A stretch of 64,000 nt of DNA from Nitrosopumilus sp. (GCA_965206745.1 OZ242220.1:864001-928000), one strand, 5' to 3'. Positions 1 to 11,131 are shown, counted from the first letter of the stretch. Numbers and translations are program-made. Notes: a model not told the origin generated them from the letters alone.

Positions 1-852
1 ATCTGTTTTTTTGCCCTTGTATCCGGCATACACCCCATAAAGCAGTCCTGACACCACTGATGCTATTGATACCACTAGGCCGATGAACAATGCAAGTGGC
101 GTCCCCCAAAGCAACCCTATTGCTAAATCTCGACGCAACTCGTCTGTTCCCATTATCCCAAATGCCTTGCCTCCTATGATTAACTCTGATTTTGGAATTT
201 GATTTTCTGAGTCTACCCCGTACAGGTCGATGGAAAAAATATAACTTCCTCTGAGTGGCTCGTTTGTATGGGTTTTGGAAAAAATAATGTCTGCGGCAGA
301 CAACCTTTGAAACTCAAATTCGAATTTTTCTGATTGCAAGGCCAGGTTTTTCTTTATGGATTGATCTGTGGAAAAAACCCTTTCATCATGCGCCGTCATC
401 TCATCAGAGTATGGCAGCGAAGTTCTCAGCAAATCCAATCTAACCCCGTCTGGCCTCATCACTGAGATTTGCAGCAATGGCGAGCCTGAATACTCTGCGG
501 AGAACTCGTAGATGAAATCATTTGGAAAGTCATCATAATCGAAATTTAATCCAAACTGATGCGATGTGAGATCTACTCCGTCATTTGAAATATTCTCTAT
601 GTTGGGGTTTTTCAGAATTTTATGTTCTGGGATCTTCTGAACCATCAGTATGTTTACCCAGACTGGAATTGCCCCTTTGGGATTTGAAATCCAGTTGCCT
701 GGATTGTTCCATTCCTGAAACGTGTCTAGGGGGATGCTAATCATCGCAATGACTGATGTTGCAATCAGGACTGAGAGGATTGCGATTCCTGCCATTCCCA
801 TCCTGCTTTTGAGAAACTCTTGCTTTATCTCCTGAGGTGTGATGCTGCTCAT
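1..852 (-). CDS. Oligopeptide/dipeptide ABC transporter permease (DppC/OppC-like), 3' end outside window
   Basis: Manual translation from ATG at 852 (overlapping the stop of the upstream permease): MSSITPQEIKQEFLKSRMGMAGIAIL...IMGTDELRRDLAIGLLWGTPLALFIG; the GTDxxxRD motif is typical of DppC. Confidence 0.85.
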   Translation of the reverse strand, partial: MSSITPQEIKQEFLKSRMGMAGIAILSVLIATSVIAMISIPLDTFQEWNNPGNWISNPKGAIPVWVNILMVQKIPEHKILKNPNIENISNDGVDLTSHQFGLNFDYDDFPNDFIYEFSAEYSGSPLLQISVMRPDGVRLDLLRTSLPYSDEMTAHDERVFSTDQSIKKNLALQSEKFEFEFQRLSAADIIFSKTHTNEPLRGSYIFSIDLYGVDSENQIPKSELIIGGKAFGIMGTDELRRDLAIGLLWGTPLALFIGLVVSIASVVSGLLYGVYAGYKGKKTD

Positions 853-1913
853 TGCCCCGTCCTCACCCTCGGATCAAAGTAGCCATAGAGCAGATCCGCT
901 ATGAATATGCTGACTAGGAAGAATACCGTAAGCATGTATGTTGCACCAATTATCACTGGCAAATCCATTACCGTGATTGCCTCAAAGTAAAGCCTTCCCA
1001 TTCCAGGCCAATCAAAGACTGCCTCTGTAATGATTGCCCCTCCAAGAGAGCCTGACAGACTCAATGCCAGAATTGTGACAATCGGCGGCGCCGCATTTTT
1101 TAACGCGTGAGTGTAGATTATCTTCTTTTGGCCAATCCCGATGGTCTTTTTTGCCATGATGAAATCCTCCTGCATAATCCCAATCATGAAGTTTCTTACC
1201 AGGTATGCCCACGAGCCAAAACCGATCATTACAATTGTAATTAATGGCAGTGTCATGTGGTATAGCAAGGATCCGATGTATCCTGGATCTGATGATGCAA
1301 TGTCCGGTGTTGCCCTTGCAGGAAATATCTGCCATGTAAATGCAAATAGGAATATCATCAGCATCCCTATCCACCATACGGGAAAGCTAGAGCTGATTAT
1401 TGCAAAACTTGATGTGATTCTGTCCGTTACTGATCCTGCCTTGCTGCTAGATAGCGCCCCTAGTAATATTCCTATGATTGAAATGATTATAGTTGCAGTT
1501 GTAAATAACAGTACGGTTCTGGGAAGTTTTTCAAAGATTATCTCCTTTACATCTGAGGAACCCTGATCACTGGTCAGAAATGTCGCATGCCCAAAATCCA
1601 GGAGTAATATTTTGTACATGCTTACTCCTATCCTGTATGGCGAATACCATGGCTCATCAAGCCCCAAAACCTGTATCCTTTGATCAATTTGACCCTGAAC
1701 GAATCCCTCAAAGTCTGCCACTGATGCGAAACTTTTGGCAATGGCTGGATTCTCCGTTATCTCGGTTCTGACTTGGAACGTGATTCCCTGCTTGAGAATG
1801 GCATCCATATTGGAGCCTACAAGCGCAATTGTGATTAGTAGGGTAATCATCAAGACCCCAAACATCGTTGCCATCCGTGTGGCAATGTACCTTTTCATGC
1901 TCAATAACCTCAA
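849..1913 (-). CDS. Oligopeptide/dipeptide ABC transporter permease (DppB/OppB-like)
   Basis: Multiple TM helices, EAA-like loop (EDFIMAKKTIGI), ITEAVFDWPGMG and C-terminal DPRVR motifs. Confidence 0.92.
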   Translation of the reverse strand: MRLLSMKRYIATRMATMFGVLMITLLITIALVGSNMDAILKQGITFQVRTEITENPAIAKSFASVADFEGFVQGQIDQRIQVLGLDEPWYSPYRIGVSMYKILLLDFGHATFLTSDQGSSDVKEIIFEKLPRTVLLFTTATIIISIIGILLGALSSSKAGSVTDRITSSFAIISSSFPVWWIGMLMIFLFAFTWQIFPARATPDIASSDPGYIGSLLYHMTLPLITIVMIGFGSWAYLVRNFMIGIMQEDFIMAKKTIGIGQKKIIYTHALKNAAPPIVTILALSLSGSLGGAIITEAVFDWPGMGRLYFEAITVMDLPVIIGATYMLTVFFLVSIFIADLLYGYFDPRVRTGQ

Positions 1914-1992
1914 GATGGGTTGATTAGTTTATAACAATAGATGTTTTTCCCATGGTTTATTACTCCACTAAAACACTACTATTCAGAAAGAC

Positions 1993-2316
1993 ATGTCCTT
2001 TGATAGAGAAAGAGAAATGCACACCACTACATGTGGTGACTGTGGAAACGAATGTCAGGTGCCATTTAAGCCCAAAGAAGACAGACCTGTTTATTGCAGG
2101 GAATGCTTCCAAAATCACAAGCCTGAGCCAAGACAAGGTGGCGGCGGATTTGGCAGAGACAGAGGTTCTAGATTTGGTAGAAGAGACGACCGACCCCGCG
2201 AAATGTTCGACACAAAATGTGGCGACTGTGGAAACGATTGTCAGGTACCATTCCAACCAAAAGAAGACAGACCTGTTTATTGCAAAGAATGCTTCGAAAA
2301 CCACAAACAACATTAG
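1993..2316 (+). CDS. Tandem CxxC-x17-CxxC zinc-ribbon protein with Gly/Arg-rich linker
   Basis: Two copies of CGDCGNxCQVPFxPKEDRPVYCxECF separated by an RGG-like linker. Confidence 0.9.
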   Translation: MSFDREREMHTTTCGDCGNECQVPFKPKEDRPVYCRECFQNHKPEPRQGGGGFGRDRGSRFGRRDDRPREMFDTKCGDCGNDCQVPFQPKEDRPVYCKECFENHKQH

Positions 2317-2715
2317 AAATCCCGTTTTGAGTAATTTTCAAAACTCCTTTATTTTATAAAGCAAAGATCTAGAATCTTTCATTGTTGCTAAAGGACATTT
2401 TTCATTGCTCGACAAGATCTACACTGGGACATGCAAAGACCTGGTTTCATCTTTAGGATATCCGATGTACCAAGTAAATGCCTGTCCCTAGCTGTTTGGT
2501 GTCTTTGACAAATCCGGGTTGAGTCTGATTCTGCAAAGATATGCCCTGCCCAAAGCATAATCTGATCTCCAAAGTAAGCCGGAACAAAACAAACTCTGGG
2601 CTTTATCAAGACACAAGGATGCTCTCTTGCCATCGTGCTGTGTGAGATCGTGGAATTTGGACCTTGTGTGACGATGTAAAAAACAGATAAAACTTTGGAG
2701 TTTGTTATATTTCAT

Positions 2716-2961
2716 ATGAGTGCTAGCACAATTCGAAAAGCCAAAAAACTCGTTGAGAGTGGCGGTGTGATCAAAATTGAGGAGGATCTGTTCCAGATAA
2801 AATCATCATCTGATCCTGAAAAATCATATGTTGTAACCTCTGATACCTGCCAATGTCCAGGCTTCAAAAACTTTTACAAGTTCCATCACGGAAAGGGATT
2901 AAAGGCAAACTGTTCTCATTTGGAGGCGATTCGAATATTCAAAAAAGAAAACCCCGACTGA
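2716..2961 (+). CDS. SWIM-type zinc finger protein
   Basis: CQCPGF...CSHLEA (CxC...CxH) motif; ATG at 2716 preferred over the track start. Confidence 0.8.
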   Translation: MSASTIRKAKKLVESGGVIKIEEDLFQIKSSSDPEKSYVVTSDTCQCPGFKNFYKFHHGKGLKANCSHLEAIRIFKKENPD

Positions 2962-3297
2962 CTATTTGAATTTCAACGCATCTGTTTTTCCAACATATGC
3001 CTTGTCTTTTGTGACTATGATTGGGCGTAAAATCAGACCCGGATATCTTGCCATCAATTTGATTATTTGAATATCTGTTTTTTTGCCCGTCTCCAAATCC
3101 ATCTCTTTGTACATTTTGTCCCTTTTCCTGAGCAACTCTGCTGGTTTCTTGCCTGTCATCCTGATTATTTTTTTTAGTTCTGCCTCTGAAAACGGATCCT
3201 TGAAAAAATCCCTTTTTTCAATATCTGCATTCACACGCTCCATTTCTGAAATTGCCCTCTTGCATGTAATGCATGCAGATTTGTGAAATATCTTCAA
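2962..3297 (-). CDS. ArsC/Spx family protein
   Basis: N-terminal CITC (CxxC) and LILRPII motif. Confidence 0.85.
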   Translation of the reverse strand: MKIFHKSACITCKRAISEMERVNADIEKRDFFKDPFSEAELKKIIRMTGKKPAELLRKRDKMYKEMDLETGKKTDIQIIKLMARYPGLILRPIIVTKDKAYVGKTDALKFK

Positions 3298-3563
3298 CTC
3301 CTTTCTGCTCTTTAATCTGGATTAAAAATTGTTTAGAAGTGCAATGCCATTATACGCGGCAGATGGATCTTTTAAAATCCTCTGTGTTTCCCTCAGAATT
3401 ACATTCCTTGTATCCCTGCCATCTTCTTTTTTTGAGGATTAAGAGTAATGGCTCACAAGAGACCAAATACATCTTCCATCTGCCAGGGGTGGCAGGATGC
3501 CTATCTTTTTTAATTTTTAATGTATGATTTTGAATATAACGTGCGTGTGATTTATCTATTGCT

Positions 3564-4484
3564 TCATTGGTCTTTTGATTGCGTTGCATTTGTGTTGCTT
3601 TGACTCTTTTCTGTCTTTTTGTTTAGCTGGTCTTCATTGAACTGTTCAAGTGTTTCCCTTGAGATTGACATTGTATCCAGGTATGCTTTTCTTGCTTCCT
3701 TAAACGTGCCTCCGTTCTTGAGAATCTCATCTCTGATATTTTGTGCTTCGACAAAGTTGCTATTTGTAAAATTCATCTGGTTTGAGATCAACTCTCTGAT
3801 TTTTGGTTCCAAGCTACCAAGGTAATAGTCTAGTTTGGCTCCATTGTAAACTCCTGCCTTTGGTTTAAATTCAGTAACTGCCTGATCTTTCAAACTCTCT
3901 GCAGCCCTTCTCTGCTCTCGGATCAAAACTTCATCCGGATCTAGTTTCATGGCCTCGCTCTTTTCCTTGACTAACTCCTTTAGCAGCCCCTGATAGTATT
4001 TGAACAGGGCCTGACCTATTGGATTCCTCTCAAAGTCGCCCTCTTCTGCGCCGATGTATCTTCTTGCTTCATCTGTTGCCAATTTTTCTTGCAATGACAT
4101 GCCTGGCGCTACATCTCCTTTGACTTGGAGTTGGGTACTGGCAAACCCTATCTTCCCATCTAATGATGCAGATATGTTTACGATATAGGTTCCAGGTATT
4201 CTCTGGACTTGATCAAATACCCCTCTAAACTCCCCGTCAGGCTTTGTAAACCTCTTCATCGTATCTGACCCTATCCGTATGACTATCTCTGCCCCTGCAA
4301 TTGGTTGGTATGCGTGGTCTACGACCCTGCCTGTCACGATGACTTGGTCTCCAGAGTATACTATGCTTCTTTCCACGCCTGCCTCAATTATCAACTCGTA
4401 CAGTTCTGCCTGGGAGGTTGGAATAAATGAGAATATCAGTAAAAGTCCAAATAATCCTGCGACTAGCATCCTGTTTTTATACAC
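3564..4484 (-). CDS. Secreted protein with carboxypeptidase-regulatory-like Ig domain
   Basis: Signal peptide; VTGRVVD...PIAGAEIVI...DGEF...PGTYIVNISA motif. Confidence 0.7.
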   Translation of the reverse strand: MYKNRMLVAGLFGLLLIFSFIPTSQAELYELIIEAGVERSIVYSGDQVIVTGRVVDHAYQPIAGAEIVIRIGSDTMKRFTKPDGEFRGVFDQVQRIPGTYIVNISASLDGKIGFASTQLQVKGDVAPGMSLQEKLATDEARRYIGAEEGDFERNPIGQALFKYYQGLLKELVKEKSEAMKLDPDEVLIREQRRAAESLKDQAVTEFKPKAGVYNGAKLDYYLGSLEPKIRELISNQMNFTNSNFVEAQNIRDEILKNGGTFKEARKAYLDTMSISRETLEQFNEDQLNKKTEKSQSNTNATQSKDQ

Positions 4485-4645
4485 ATGCCCTCATCTTGAT
4501 TTACGCAATTAAGATAAAGTATGAATAAAAATTAGCCCTTTTTCAACTTTAATTGAGTAGTTTTGCCTTTTCTGCGCCTTGATATTTTGCCAACTTTGCA
4601 ATCCCTGCCAACTCTTAAAATCCAAAGATCACCTCATCTTAAATC

Positions 4646-5304
4646 ATGGATTTGAAAAGATTCGGCAATGATGTCTCTGAGATGTCACAAAGACTCTCAA
4701 AAGATCCAAATGAGGATGGTGCCTCCAAACTAAATCATGTCCGGTAGCAACTAGTCGAGATGTATAAAAAAACCTAGTCAAAATCAACCACTTCATCTTG
4801 GAACTGATCTGCGCTAGTAGCCTTATTTCAAGGGGGCACTCTGTGGATGTTGAAAAAGATGTCTCAGAGATTCTAGTGTGTGATATATTTGCAAAAAAGG
4901 GCGATGGGAACACCATCATAGAGTCTGAAACTGGTTTTACCCCTCCTGATCATGCCATGGATACTATGGATTATTTTTCTGCAAGAATTATGAGCAAGAT
5001 TGCCCGATACAGTCAGCACTGCTCGAAATTTTTTCTAGCGACTTCTGTGGTTGGATTGCTGCCAATACCGAAGATCTTTCTGTTGCCTCCAAATGCGCAA
5101 AAAAGAGAGGATGTGAAGAAGATCAAGGATCTGTGTGATCGCTATTATAGAAATCCGCCGGTGCAATACGATGATATCCTAAATGCCCACCTTCACTCAA
5201 TATATCTAATTAACATCGATAAGGGGTTTGCCAAGGAGATTGATCCGCAAGTATATGTGGATTTGACAGGTGGCCTCTTTGAACAAAGTCAAATCCTGTA
5301 TTGA
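4646..5304 (+). pseudogene. Disrupted conserved thaumarchaeal protein (PD-(D/E)xK-like fold)
   Basis: ATG at 4646 reads MDLKRFGNDVSEMSQRLSKD...NHVR, then an in-frame TAG (4745), then a frameshift in an A7 run (~4766-4772) before joining ORF 4798..5304 (CDIFAKK...IIESETG). Confidence 0.7.
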
Positions 5305-5494
5305 GGCACACCTGCAAGTGAAAAATTCAAATTCTTCTATTCTTTAGCAATACTAGGATGATTTGTGCGGCCTGTGAATCAAGAAAGCATTTTGAATGCA
5401 TTGATTGTATGAACAATCACCAGACCCATCTTTGCAGCTGTGATTGTCATGATGAGAACACTCAGCCTCACGAGGTTGGAAAATCCCACCAAGT

Positions 5495-6175
5495 TTAATT
5501 TTTGAATTTTCTTTCTATATCCTGAGCCCTGATTTCCAACTCCCTTGTATCACCCAACTTCCTATACGTTAGCTTTTCTATGGTCTTGATTATGCTGATA
5601 GCTGACCTGTATTGAGGGATTTCTGGTTCATTTAATTCCCCATACATCCCAATTCCTTGAATTCCATTTATCTTTGCAAATCCGAGTATGAGCCCATTAA
5701 ATCCCGTGATGATTGACTTTTGTGGTGTGATTTGAATATCTAGGCTCTCCATCTGCTTTGTCAGCTCCCTTGATGTCGTAGTGATGTATGTCTTTGGCTC
5801 TTTGTTGAAGATTTGATTCGTGTGAAATCCGCCTAGTGTGTAAATAAATTTTGCAGAGTATTTCTTTGCCGTATCTATTACATCTTGGCACAGGGCATTT
5901 AGTTCGCCGTTGCTTTGCGGCTGTCCTTTGCCTCCTCCGAAAACTATCAGATCTTCTGTATACCTGTACTCCCACCTCTCGTCTGGAAGATCAATGTATC
6001 CGCCTCTGTCAACAACATACGTTGGAAATGAAATCTTTGCGGTCCTGAATGTTTTTGTCCTCAGTGATTCATTGATAAAGTTCACAACAATGTTTCCCAC
6101 ATTTCCCATGTCCTGCATGGCTGCAATGATGATTGGTTTTTTCAGATCCGGCTCCTCATTTTGAACGAATTCCAC
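5495..6175 (-). CDS. PAC2 family (proteasome assembly chaperone-like) protein
   Basis: DMGNVG, YTLGG, ITGFNGLILG motifs. Confidence 0.85.
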   Translation of the reverse strand: MEFVQNEEPDLKKPIIIAAMQDMGNVGNIVVNFINESLRTKTFRTAKISFPTYVVDRGGYIDLPDERWEYRYTEDLIVFGGGKGQPQSNGELNALCQDVIDTAKKYSAKFIYTLGGFHTNQIFNKEPKTYITTTSRELTKQMESLDIQITPQKSIITGFNGLILGFAKINGIQGIGMYGELNEPEIPQYRSAISIIKTIEKLTYRKLGDTRELEIRAQDIERKFKN

Positions 6176-6552
6176 AACTCGTCTGGTATCTAATGAATTT
6201 TAAACGTATGTCGCATCTGCAAATCCTCTCTTGTGATTTTTAATGTTTTCTAGCGCCCTCATGCACAGATGTGGTCTTCCCTGATGTGGTTTTTTGCTGT
6301 AAACCCGTACTGACTGTTAATTTGCTGCAATCCTCTGATATCTTGCTCAATGCAACCCTCACATCCTTTCCGTATTTGGCCAATACAATGAAACCCTGCT
6401 TTGTCCTTCATGCCCGAATGTCATGCATATAATTTGACCCTAAAATTGAAACTGCCATCCTATTTTAACTCTTTGAGTTTTCTGATTCTTTTTTTAATGA
6501 TCGTGAAAAATATGAAGATTCATAAGGCAAAAAAACTTTCCAAGGACAAATT

Positions 6553-8277
6553 ATGGAAACATCCATGGAAAACATCGGCACACTAGAGTATGTTCTTGAT
6601 AAATATTCTAAAATCTGGAGCTGGAAAGTCACAGGTGATCGCGCAGTCAATATGATCTCCCGACTTGTTTCTCAGGCATGGTATGGAGAGAACGTCAATG
6701 AGATAATCATTCCTGACAGTACTGAAACTGTCAAGCAGCTAAAGCTCATCATGGACAGGTATCCTCTTGAAATTTTATCAAAATCCACCTGGCAGAGAAA
6801 GATCGTAAAGACGTATGCGCCAAAGCCTGCCATCCCTCCAGTCAAACTCAAACTAAAGCGAGCAAAATCCGGTGAGCAGTTTCGAGGCAAACTGTTAAAC
6901 TTTCAAAAAGAGGGACTGGACTTTCTACTCAAATCCTCAGGAAACGCCTTGCTGGCAGACGAGATGGGTCTTGGAAAAACCGTTCAAACACTTTCCTATG
7001 CTGCCACAGAAAAACAGACGTTCCCGATGCTAGTCGTTGCACCCCTAGTCACGCTTAACAATTGGGAGCGTGAAATTGAAAAATTCCTCAAAAAGAAGAG
7101 CAAGAATGGACGCATCGTAGAGTCTGCATCCCCTAGCGTGACTACCATCCGAACTGGCAAGTCCCACGAACTGCCAAAGACTGACATTTACATAATTAAT
7201 TACGAGTTGCTCTTCAAGCGAAATGCTGATCTGGCAAAGTTGGGACTCAGGACGATAGTCTGCGATGAGGTCCATAATTTGAGATCAAAGACAACCCAAA
7301 AATACAAGGCAGTAAAGAAGCTAGCTGCACTCTCGTCAATTCTTTATAGAATCGGCCTTTCTGGAACCCCGATTTATAATCGTGGGTCAGAAATTTGGCC
7401 CATCATAGATATCATAAAGCCTGGATTGCTGGGTAGCTTTAAGGAATTCTGTGAATACTTTTGCTATGTCAATGAAAAGGGCAAGGCCATAGTTCTGGAA
7501 AACAAACGGGCTTCTCTTAGAAACGAACTGCAGAAGCACGTGATGCTTAGGCGGAAGAAGGCAGATGTCCTAAAGGAGCTCAAAGACAAAGTCAGGTACA
7601 AGGAAGTCATTGCCGCTGACACTGATTACTATCTTGACGAATTAGATAAAATTTGGAAAAAGGTCGAAGCCGAACAAAAAGATGCCAAAACCGAATTTTT
7701 CAAATCCGCCTCATACAACAGGGCGATTCAAAGTGAGCGACAGATTGCTGGCGTTGCAAAGCTTCCGCACGTGATTAATTTTGTCAAAAATATCATGGAG
7801 ATTGAGGAAAGTGTCGTGGTGTTCTGTCATCACAAGATGATACACAAATTACTTCATGAAAGCCTGCAAGAGTTCGCACCCGTATCGATCATCGGCGGAC
7901 AGACTGATTCGAACCGCCAAGATCAAATTGATAAATTTCAAAGGGGCGAATCCAAATTGATGATTGCAGGAATCCGTGCCGGTAATGTGGGAATTAATCT
8001 GACCCGTGCAAAGTATGTCATATTTGCCGAACTTGATTGGAGTCCTGCAATTCACAGACAAGCCGAAGACAGGCTTCATAGAATAGGCCAGAAAAATACC
8101 GTGTTTGCATACTATCTGATAGGGAAGGGAACCCTTGATGATCATGTGGCCAACATCCTAGTCGATAAAAGCTATGAGATTGATGAAATCCTAGACGAGT
8201 CAGTAGACAACTATGAGAATAAAGACAAGGCCGAACTCATCTTGGCCCAAATACAGGATAAAATTCGCGCAAAATAA
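6553..8277 (+). CDS. SNF2-family (HARP/SMARCAL1-like) helicase/translocase
   Basis: LADEMGLGKT, DEVH, SGTP, GNVGINLT, QAEDRLHRIGQ motifs. Confidence 0.95.
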   Translation: METSMENIGTLEYVLDKYSKIWSWKVTGDRAVNMISRLVSQAWYGENVNEIIIPDSTETVKQLKLIMDRYPLEILSKSTWQRKIVKTYAPKPAIPPVKLKLKRAKSGEQFRGKLLNFQKEGLDFLLKSSGNALLADEMGLGKTVQTLSYAATEKQTFPMLVVAPLVTLNNWEREIEKFLKKKSKNGRIVESASPSVTTIRTGKSHELPKTDIYIINYELLFKRNADLAKLGLRTIVCDEVHNLRSKTTQKYKAVKKLAALSSILYRIGLSGTPIYNRGSEIWPIIDIIKPGLLGSFKEFCEYFCYVNEKGKAIVLENKRASLRNELQKHVMLRRKKADVLKELKDKVRYKEVIAADTDYYLDELDKIWKKVEAEQKDAKTEFFKSASYNRAIQSERQIAGVAKLPHVINFVKNIMEIEESVVVFCHHKMIHKLLHESLQEFAPVSIIGGQTDSNRQDQIDKFQRGESKLMIAGIRAGNVGINLTRAKYVIFAELDWSPAIHRQAEDRLHRIGQKNTVFAYYLIGKGTLDDHVANILVDKSYEIDEILDESVDNYENKDKAELILAQIQDKIRAK

Positions 8278-8892
8278 CTAAATTTTCAACTTGCCTTTCA
8301 GCAGGGATAACCTCCTAGTTATCGAGTCTTTTTTGATCTGCTCTATCTGCGAGTCCTGAACCTCTTTTATCACCTCATCTATGATGCTGAGAATCTCGAC
8401 ATCCTGCCTTGCCTCCTCAAATTTTATGCCCTCAAACCCGTCTGTCTCTGTTTTGTCGATTTCTGCAATCCCGTCTGGAAGAATCTCATAAATTTTGATA
8501 ACCCTCTCCTCTATTCTCTGTGGCGACATTAGCACAAATTGGCTCTTTCTTAGCCTTTCAATATCCTCTGCAATCTCGTTTCCTGATACCTTTAGAATGT
8601 CTTTGATCTGCTCCAAACTGCATGATCTTATTTGCAGCAGCCGTAATATTTTTGCCCATGTTGGAACGCTTTTGCTCCAAAGAACCTCTCTTGCTAATTT
8701 TGTAATCGAGAAGGATCCGTCGCTATTTAACGAAATCATCTTTCTATCTTTTAGTGTTGCAAGCGAATCTAATAGTTTGCCGACCCCCAGCCTCCTCAGC
8801 TCTGAATTCTCAAGATTCTTTTCATTAAATGTCCCGCCTTCATTTATTGCCAGATGCAACATTTCCAAATCTATGGTTCCCATCTTCCTCAT
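8278..8892 (-). CDS. Hypothetical protein with winged-helix-like segments
   Basis: Long ORF converging on the SNF2 gene; HTH-like SLEQIKDILKVSGNEIAEDIERLRK. Confidence 0.7.
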   Translation of the reverse strand: MRKMGTIDLEMLHLAINEGGTFNEKNLENSELRRLGVGKLLDSLATLKDRKMISLNSDGSFSITKLAREVLWSKSVPTWAKILRLLQIRSCSLEQIKDILKVSGNEIAEDIERLRKSQFVLMSPQRIEERVIKIYEILPDGIAEIDKTETDGFEGIKFEEARQDVEILSIIDEVIKEVQDSQIEQIKKDSITRRLSLLKGKLKI

Positions 8893-8965
8893 GCTGTTGG
8901 CATCTCTTCAGGATTTATCATTCTTTCGACTTGAAGAATATATGTGGATCATGTTGAATTGATCT

Positions 8966-9589
8966 GTGGTTAGATACGAACTTCCAAGACTCCCTTATGG
9001 CTATGATGAGCTAGAGCCGTTCCTTGATGAGGAAACTATGAAGGTTCACCATCTAAAGCATCATCAGGCATATGTGGATGGCCTGAACAAGTCTCTTGCA
9101 GATGTGGGCAGCGCATCGCATCCGCAGTACATCTCATCTATTCTGTCTGACTTAAAACCCATTCCTGAATCTGGAAGAAGTGCAATCAATTTTTTTGGCG
9201 GCGGCTTTGAGAATCACCGGTTGTTCTGGGACACTATGATTCCTGATGGTGACGGGGAACCTGGGGGACAATTAGAAGATCAGATTGATGTCTACTTTGA
9301 TAATTTTGAGAATTTCAAAAAAGTTTTTTCTGATGAGGCAATCTCTGTTGAAGGGAGCGGCTGGTGCTGGCTGGTCTTTAATGCAACGTATCACAAGATT
9401 GAGATCATCACAACTGAAAACCAGACCAGCCCTTGGACCATGCAAAAATTCCCCTTGCTTGGTCTGGATGTCTGGGAGCATGCATACTATTTGAAATATC
9501 AAAATAAGAGGCCTGACTATGTCAAAGCCTGGTGGAATGTAGTCAATTGGGATTACGTGGGAAACAGATTTTCAGAACTTGCAAGCTAA
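8966..9589 (+). CDS. sodA: Fe/Mn superoxide dismutase
   Basis: HHLKHHQAYV, NH, DVWEHAYYLKYQNKR signature. Confidence 0.95.
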   Translation: MVRYELPRLPYGYDELEPFLDEETMKVHHLKHHQAYVDGLNKSLADVGSASHPQYISSILSDLKPIPESGRSAINFFGGGFENHRLFWDTMIPDGDGEPGGQLEDQIDVYFDNFENFKKVFSDEAISVEGSGWCWLVFNATYHKIEIITTENQTSPWTMQKFPLLGLDVWEHAYYLKYQNKRPDYVKAWWNVVNWDYVGNRFSELAS

Positions 9590-9641
9590 GGCGTGCCTGA
9601 TTTGGATACATTCTTTTAAGGCACAATTTTGCCTTACACGT

Positions 9642-11000
9642 ATGAACAAGAGTCTAAGATACATTGCACTTCTTGCAATTTTACCCTTGTTTACAGCAGG
9701 TATGACGACTGACTACTTTTCAGATGCTGACGCCGCAAAAGGCGCAGGCGTTGGAACCGCCAAATATGGTTCTAGCACTGGCATCTGTGGATTAGATCTT
9801 TGCTCTAAGTTTCCCGGTGGCAAAACCGCATGGGAATCATCAAATAGAGTCGCACCTGTAGCTCCAGTTGAAGAACCCGTGGAGGATGCCGTGATAGAAG
9901 GAGTACCTTCTGTGACTGGTGATGCCATGGATGATGTCATGACGGATAAAGTCATGGAGGATACCGTGGATGAAACCATCGAAGAACCTTCTGTGACGGA
10001 TGAAGTCATGGAAGAAGCAACTGAAGCTGACTTGGGCTCTGTACTTAGGTTATCAAGAGCAAATGTTCCAGCAACAATTCCTCTGCACCACGGTTACTAT
10101 GACGGTGGGGATGTTTATTACATCATCACCGACTCTAGTGATCCCACACATGCAGATTTAATCAGTGAAAAACAGGGATGGCAAGTCGAACTTGCTCCTC
10201 TGTTACAGAATGCTCCTGAAGACGCACTCTCAAAGGTATACTTGTTTACCAACGGCATAGAAGGCAACGGTATACACGGATATCAAGATCAAATCTTCAC
10301 TAGTACGCCTGCACAAGCAGACGTGTATAGTGCATTGACCTCACATGTCCATGTAGCATGGGGTGAGGATGCATCTCCTAGAGTGCTTGATTCAGAAGCA
10401 ATGGTTATGGAAGCGGCTGAGAATGGCGAAATTACACTAATTGATCTTGGTGTGGTTTTGAACATGCCCCAAATTATTTGGCCTGAAGGCCAGATGATGG
10501 TTAAGGACGACAAGACGATAACTGACGTCACTCCTTACGGTGGCGGCCAAGTTCTTGATATCAATACAGAAGAGATGAATGTAACTTTCATAGCTCATCG
10601 CGGATGGGGTCCAGACGGTAGAACAATCTATTACATTGTAACAGATGCTACCCCAAGTGGTCCTGCCGGAGCGATGGGTGTCGTAAGTTCACCAACATCT
10701 GCAAGCTTGATTGCAAACTCAGCAGCAGTAGACTTGTATCAGTTCAAAAATGGTATAGCAGGCACTGGTCCATTGGGATTCCAGCCTGGTATTGCAGCAG
10801 GATCTCCTGGTGATATCAACTATTCTCCAATGTGGAGAATCTTTCTGATTGACTGGGCTGACCCAGAATCTGCACAAATATTGGAGACCATTAATGATAT
10901 GAACGCATACAGGGAAGCTGGTTTGATTGACGTTGGTATTGCGCGTCCGATGGATAGTGACCACATTGTTAACTGTCCATTTATTGACCCATTCCAATAA
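9642..11000 (+). CDS. Secreted thaumarchaeal protein with acidic linker and two homologous domains
   Basis: Signal peptide from ATG 9642; KYGSS..ICG..LCS motif; acidic low-complexity linker; duplicated YYI(I/V)TD...YxFxNGI...YS domains. Confidence 0.8.
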   Translation: MNKSLRYIALLAILPLFTAGMTTDYFSDADAAKGAGVGTAKYGSSTGICGLDLCSKFPGGKTAWESSNRVAPVAPVEEPVEDAVIEGVPSVTGDAMDDVMTDKVMEDTVDETIEEPSVTDEVMEEATEADLGSVLRLSRANVPATIPLHHGYYDGGDVYYIITDSSDPTHADLISEKQGWQVELAPLLQNAPEDALSKVYLFTNGIEGNGIHGYQDQIFTSTPAQADVYSALTSHVHVAWGEDASPRVLDSEAMVMEAAENGEITLIDLGVVLNMPQIIWPEGQMMVKDDKTITDVTPYGGGQVLDINTEEMNVTFIAHRGWGPDGRTIYYIVTDATPSGPAGAMGVVSSPTSASLIANSAAVDLYQFKNGIAGTGPLGFQPGIAAGSPGDINYSPMWRIFLIDWADPESAQILETINDMNAYREAGLIDVGIARPMDSDHIVNCPFIDPFQ

Positions 11001-11009
11001 GATCAAAAA

Positions 11010-11026
11010 CCTTTTTTTATTTTTTA
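11010..11026 (+). terminator. Archaeal oligo-T terminator
   Basis: CTTTTTTTATTTTTT just after the stop at 11000. Confidence 0.5.
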
Positions 11027-11131
11027 ACATTTATGGCTCTGGCCACATTTGTTTGCTTTTAAAGATTTTTTTTAACATTTTCTCTGACAATTTTCCGACT
11101 TGCTTATTTATGATTACGAGTATACTATATC

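Noticed and set aside
2340-2700. Coding-like intergenic DNA (similar stretches at ~3300-3560, 6190-6420, 54200-54420)
   Set aside because: Possibly gene relics, but no family could be recognised in any frame.
4745-4747. Pyrrolysine read-through of the in-frame TAG
   Set aside because: A frameshift follows within about 25 nt, and Pyl machinery is not known in this lineage; decay is simpler.
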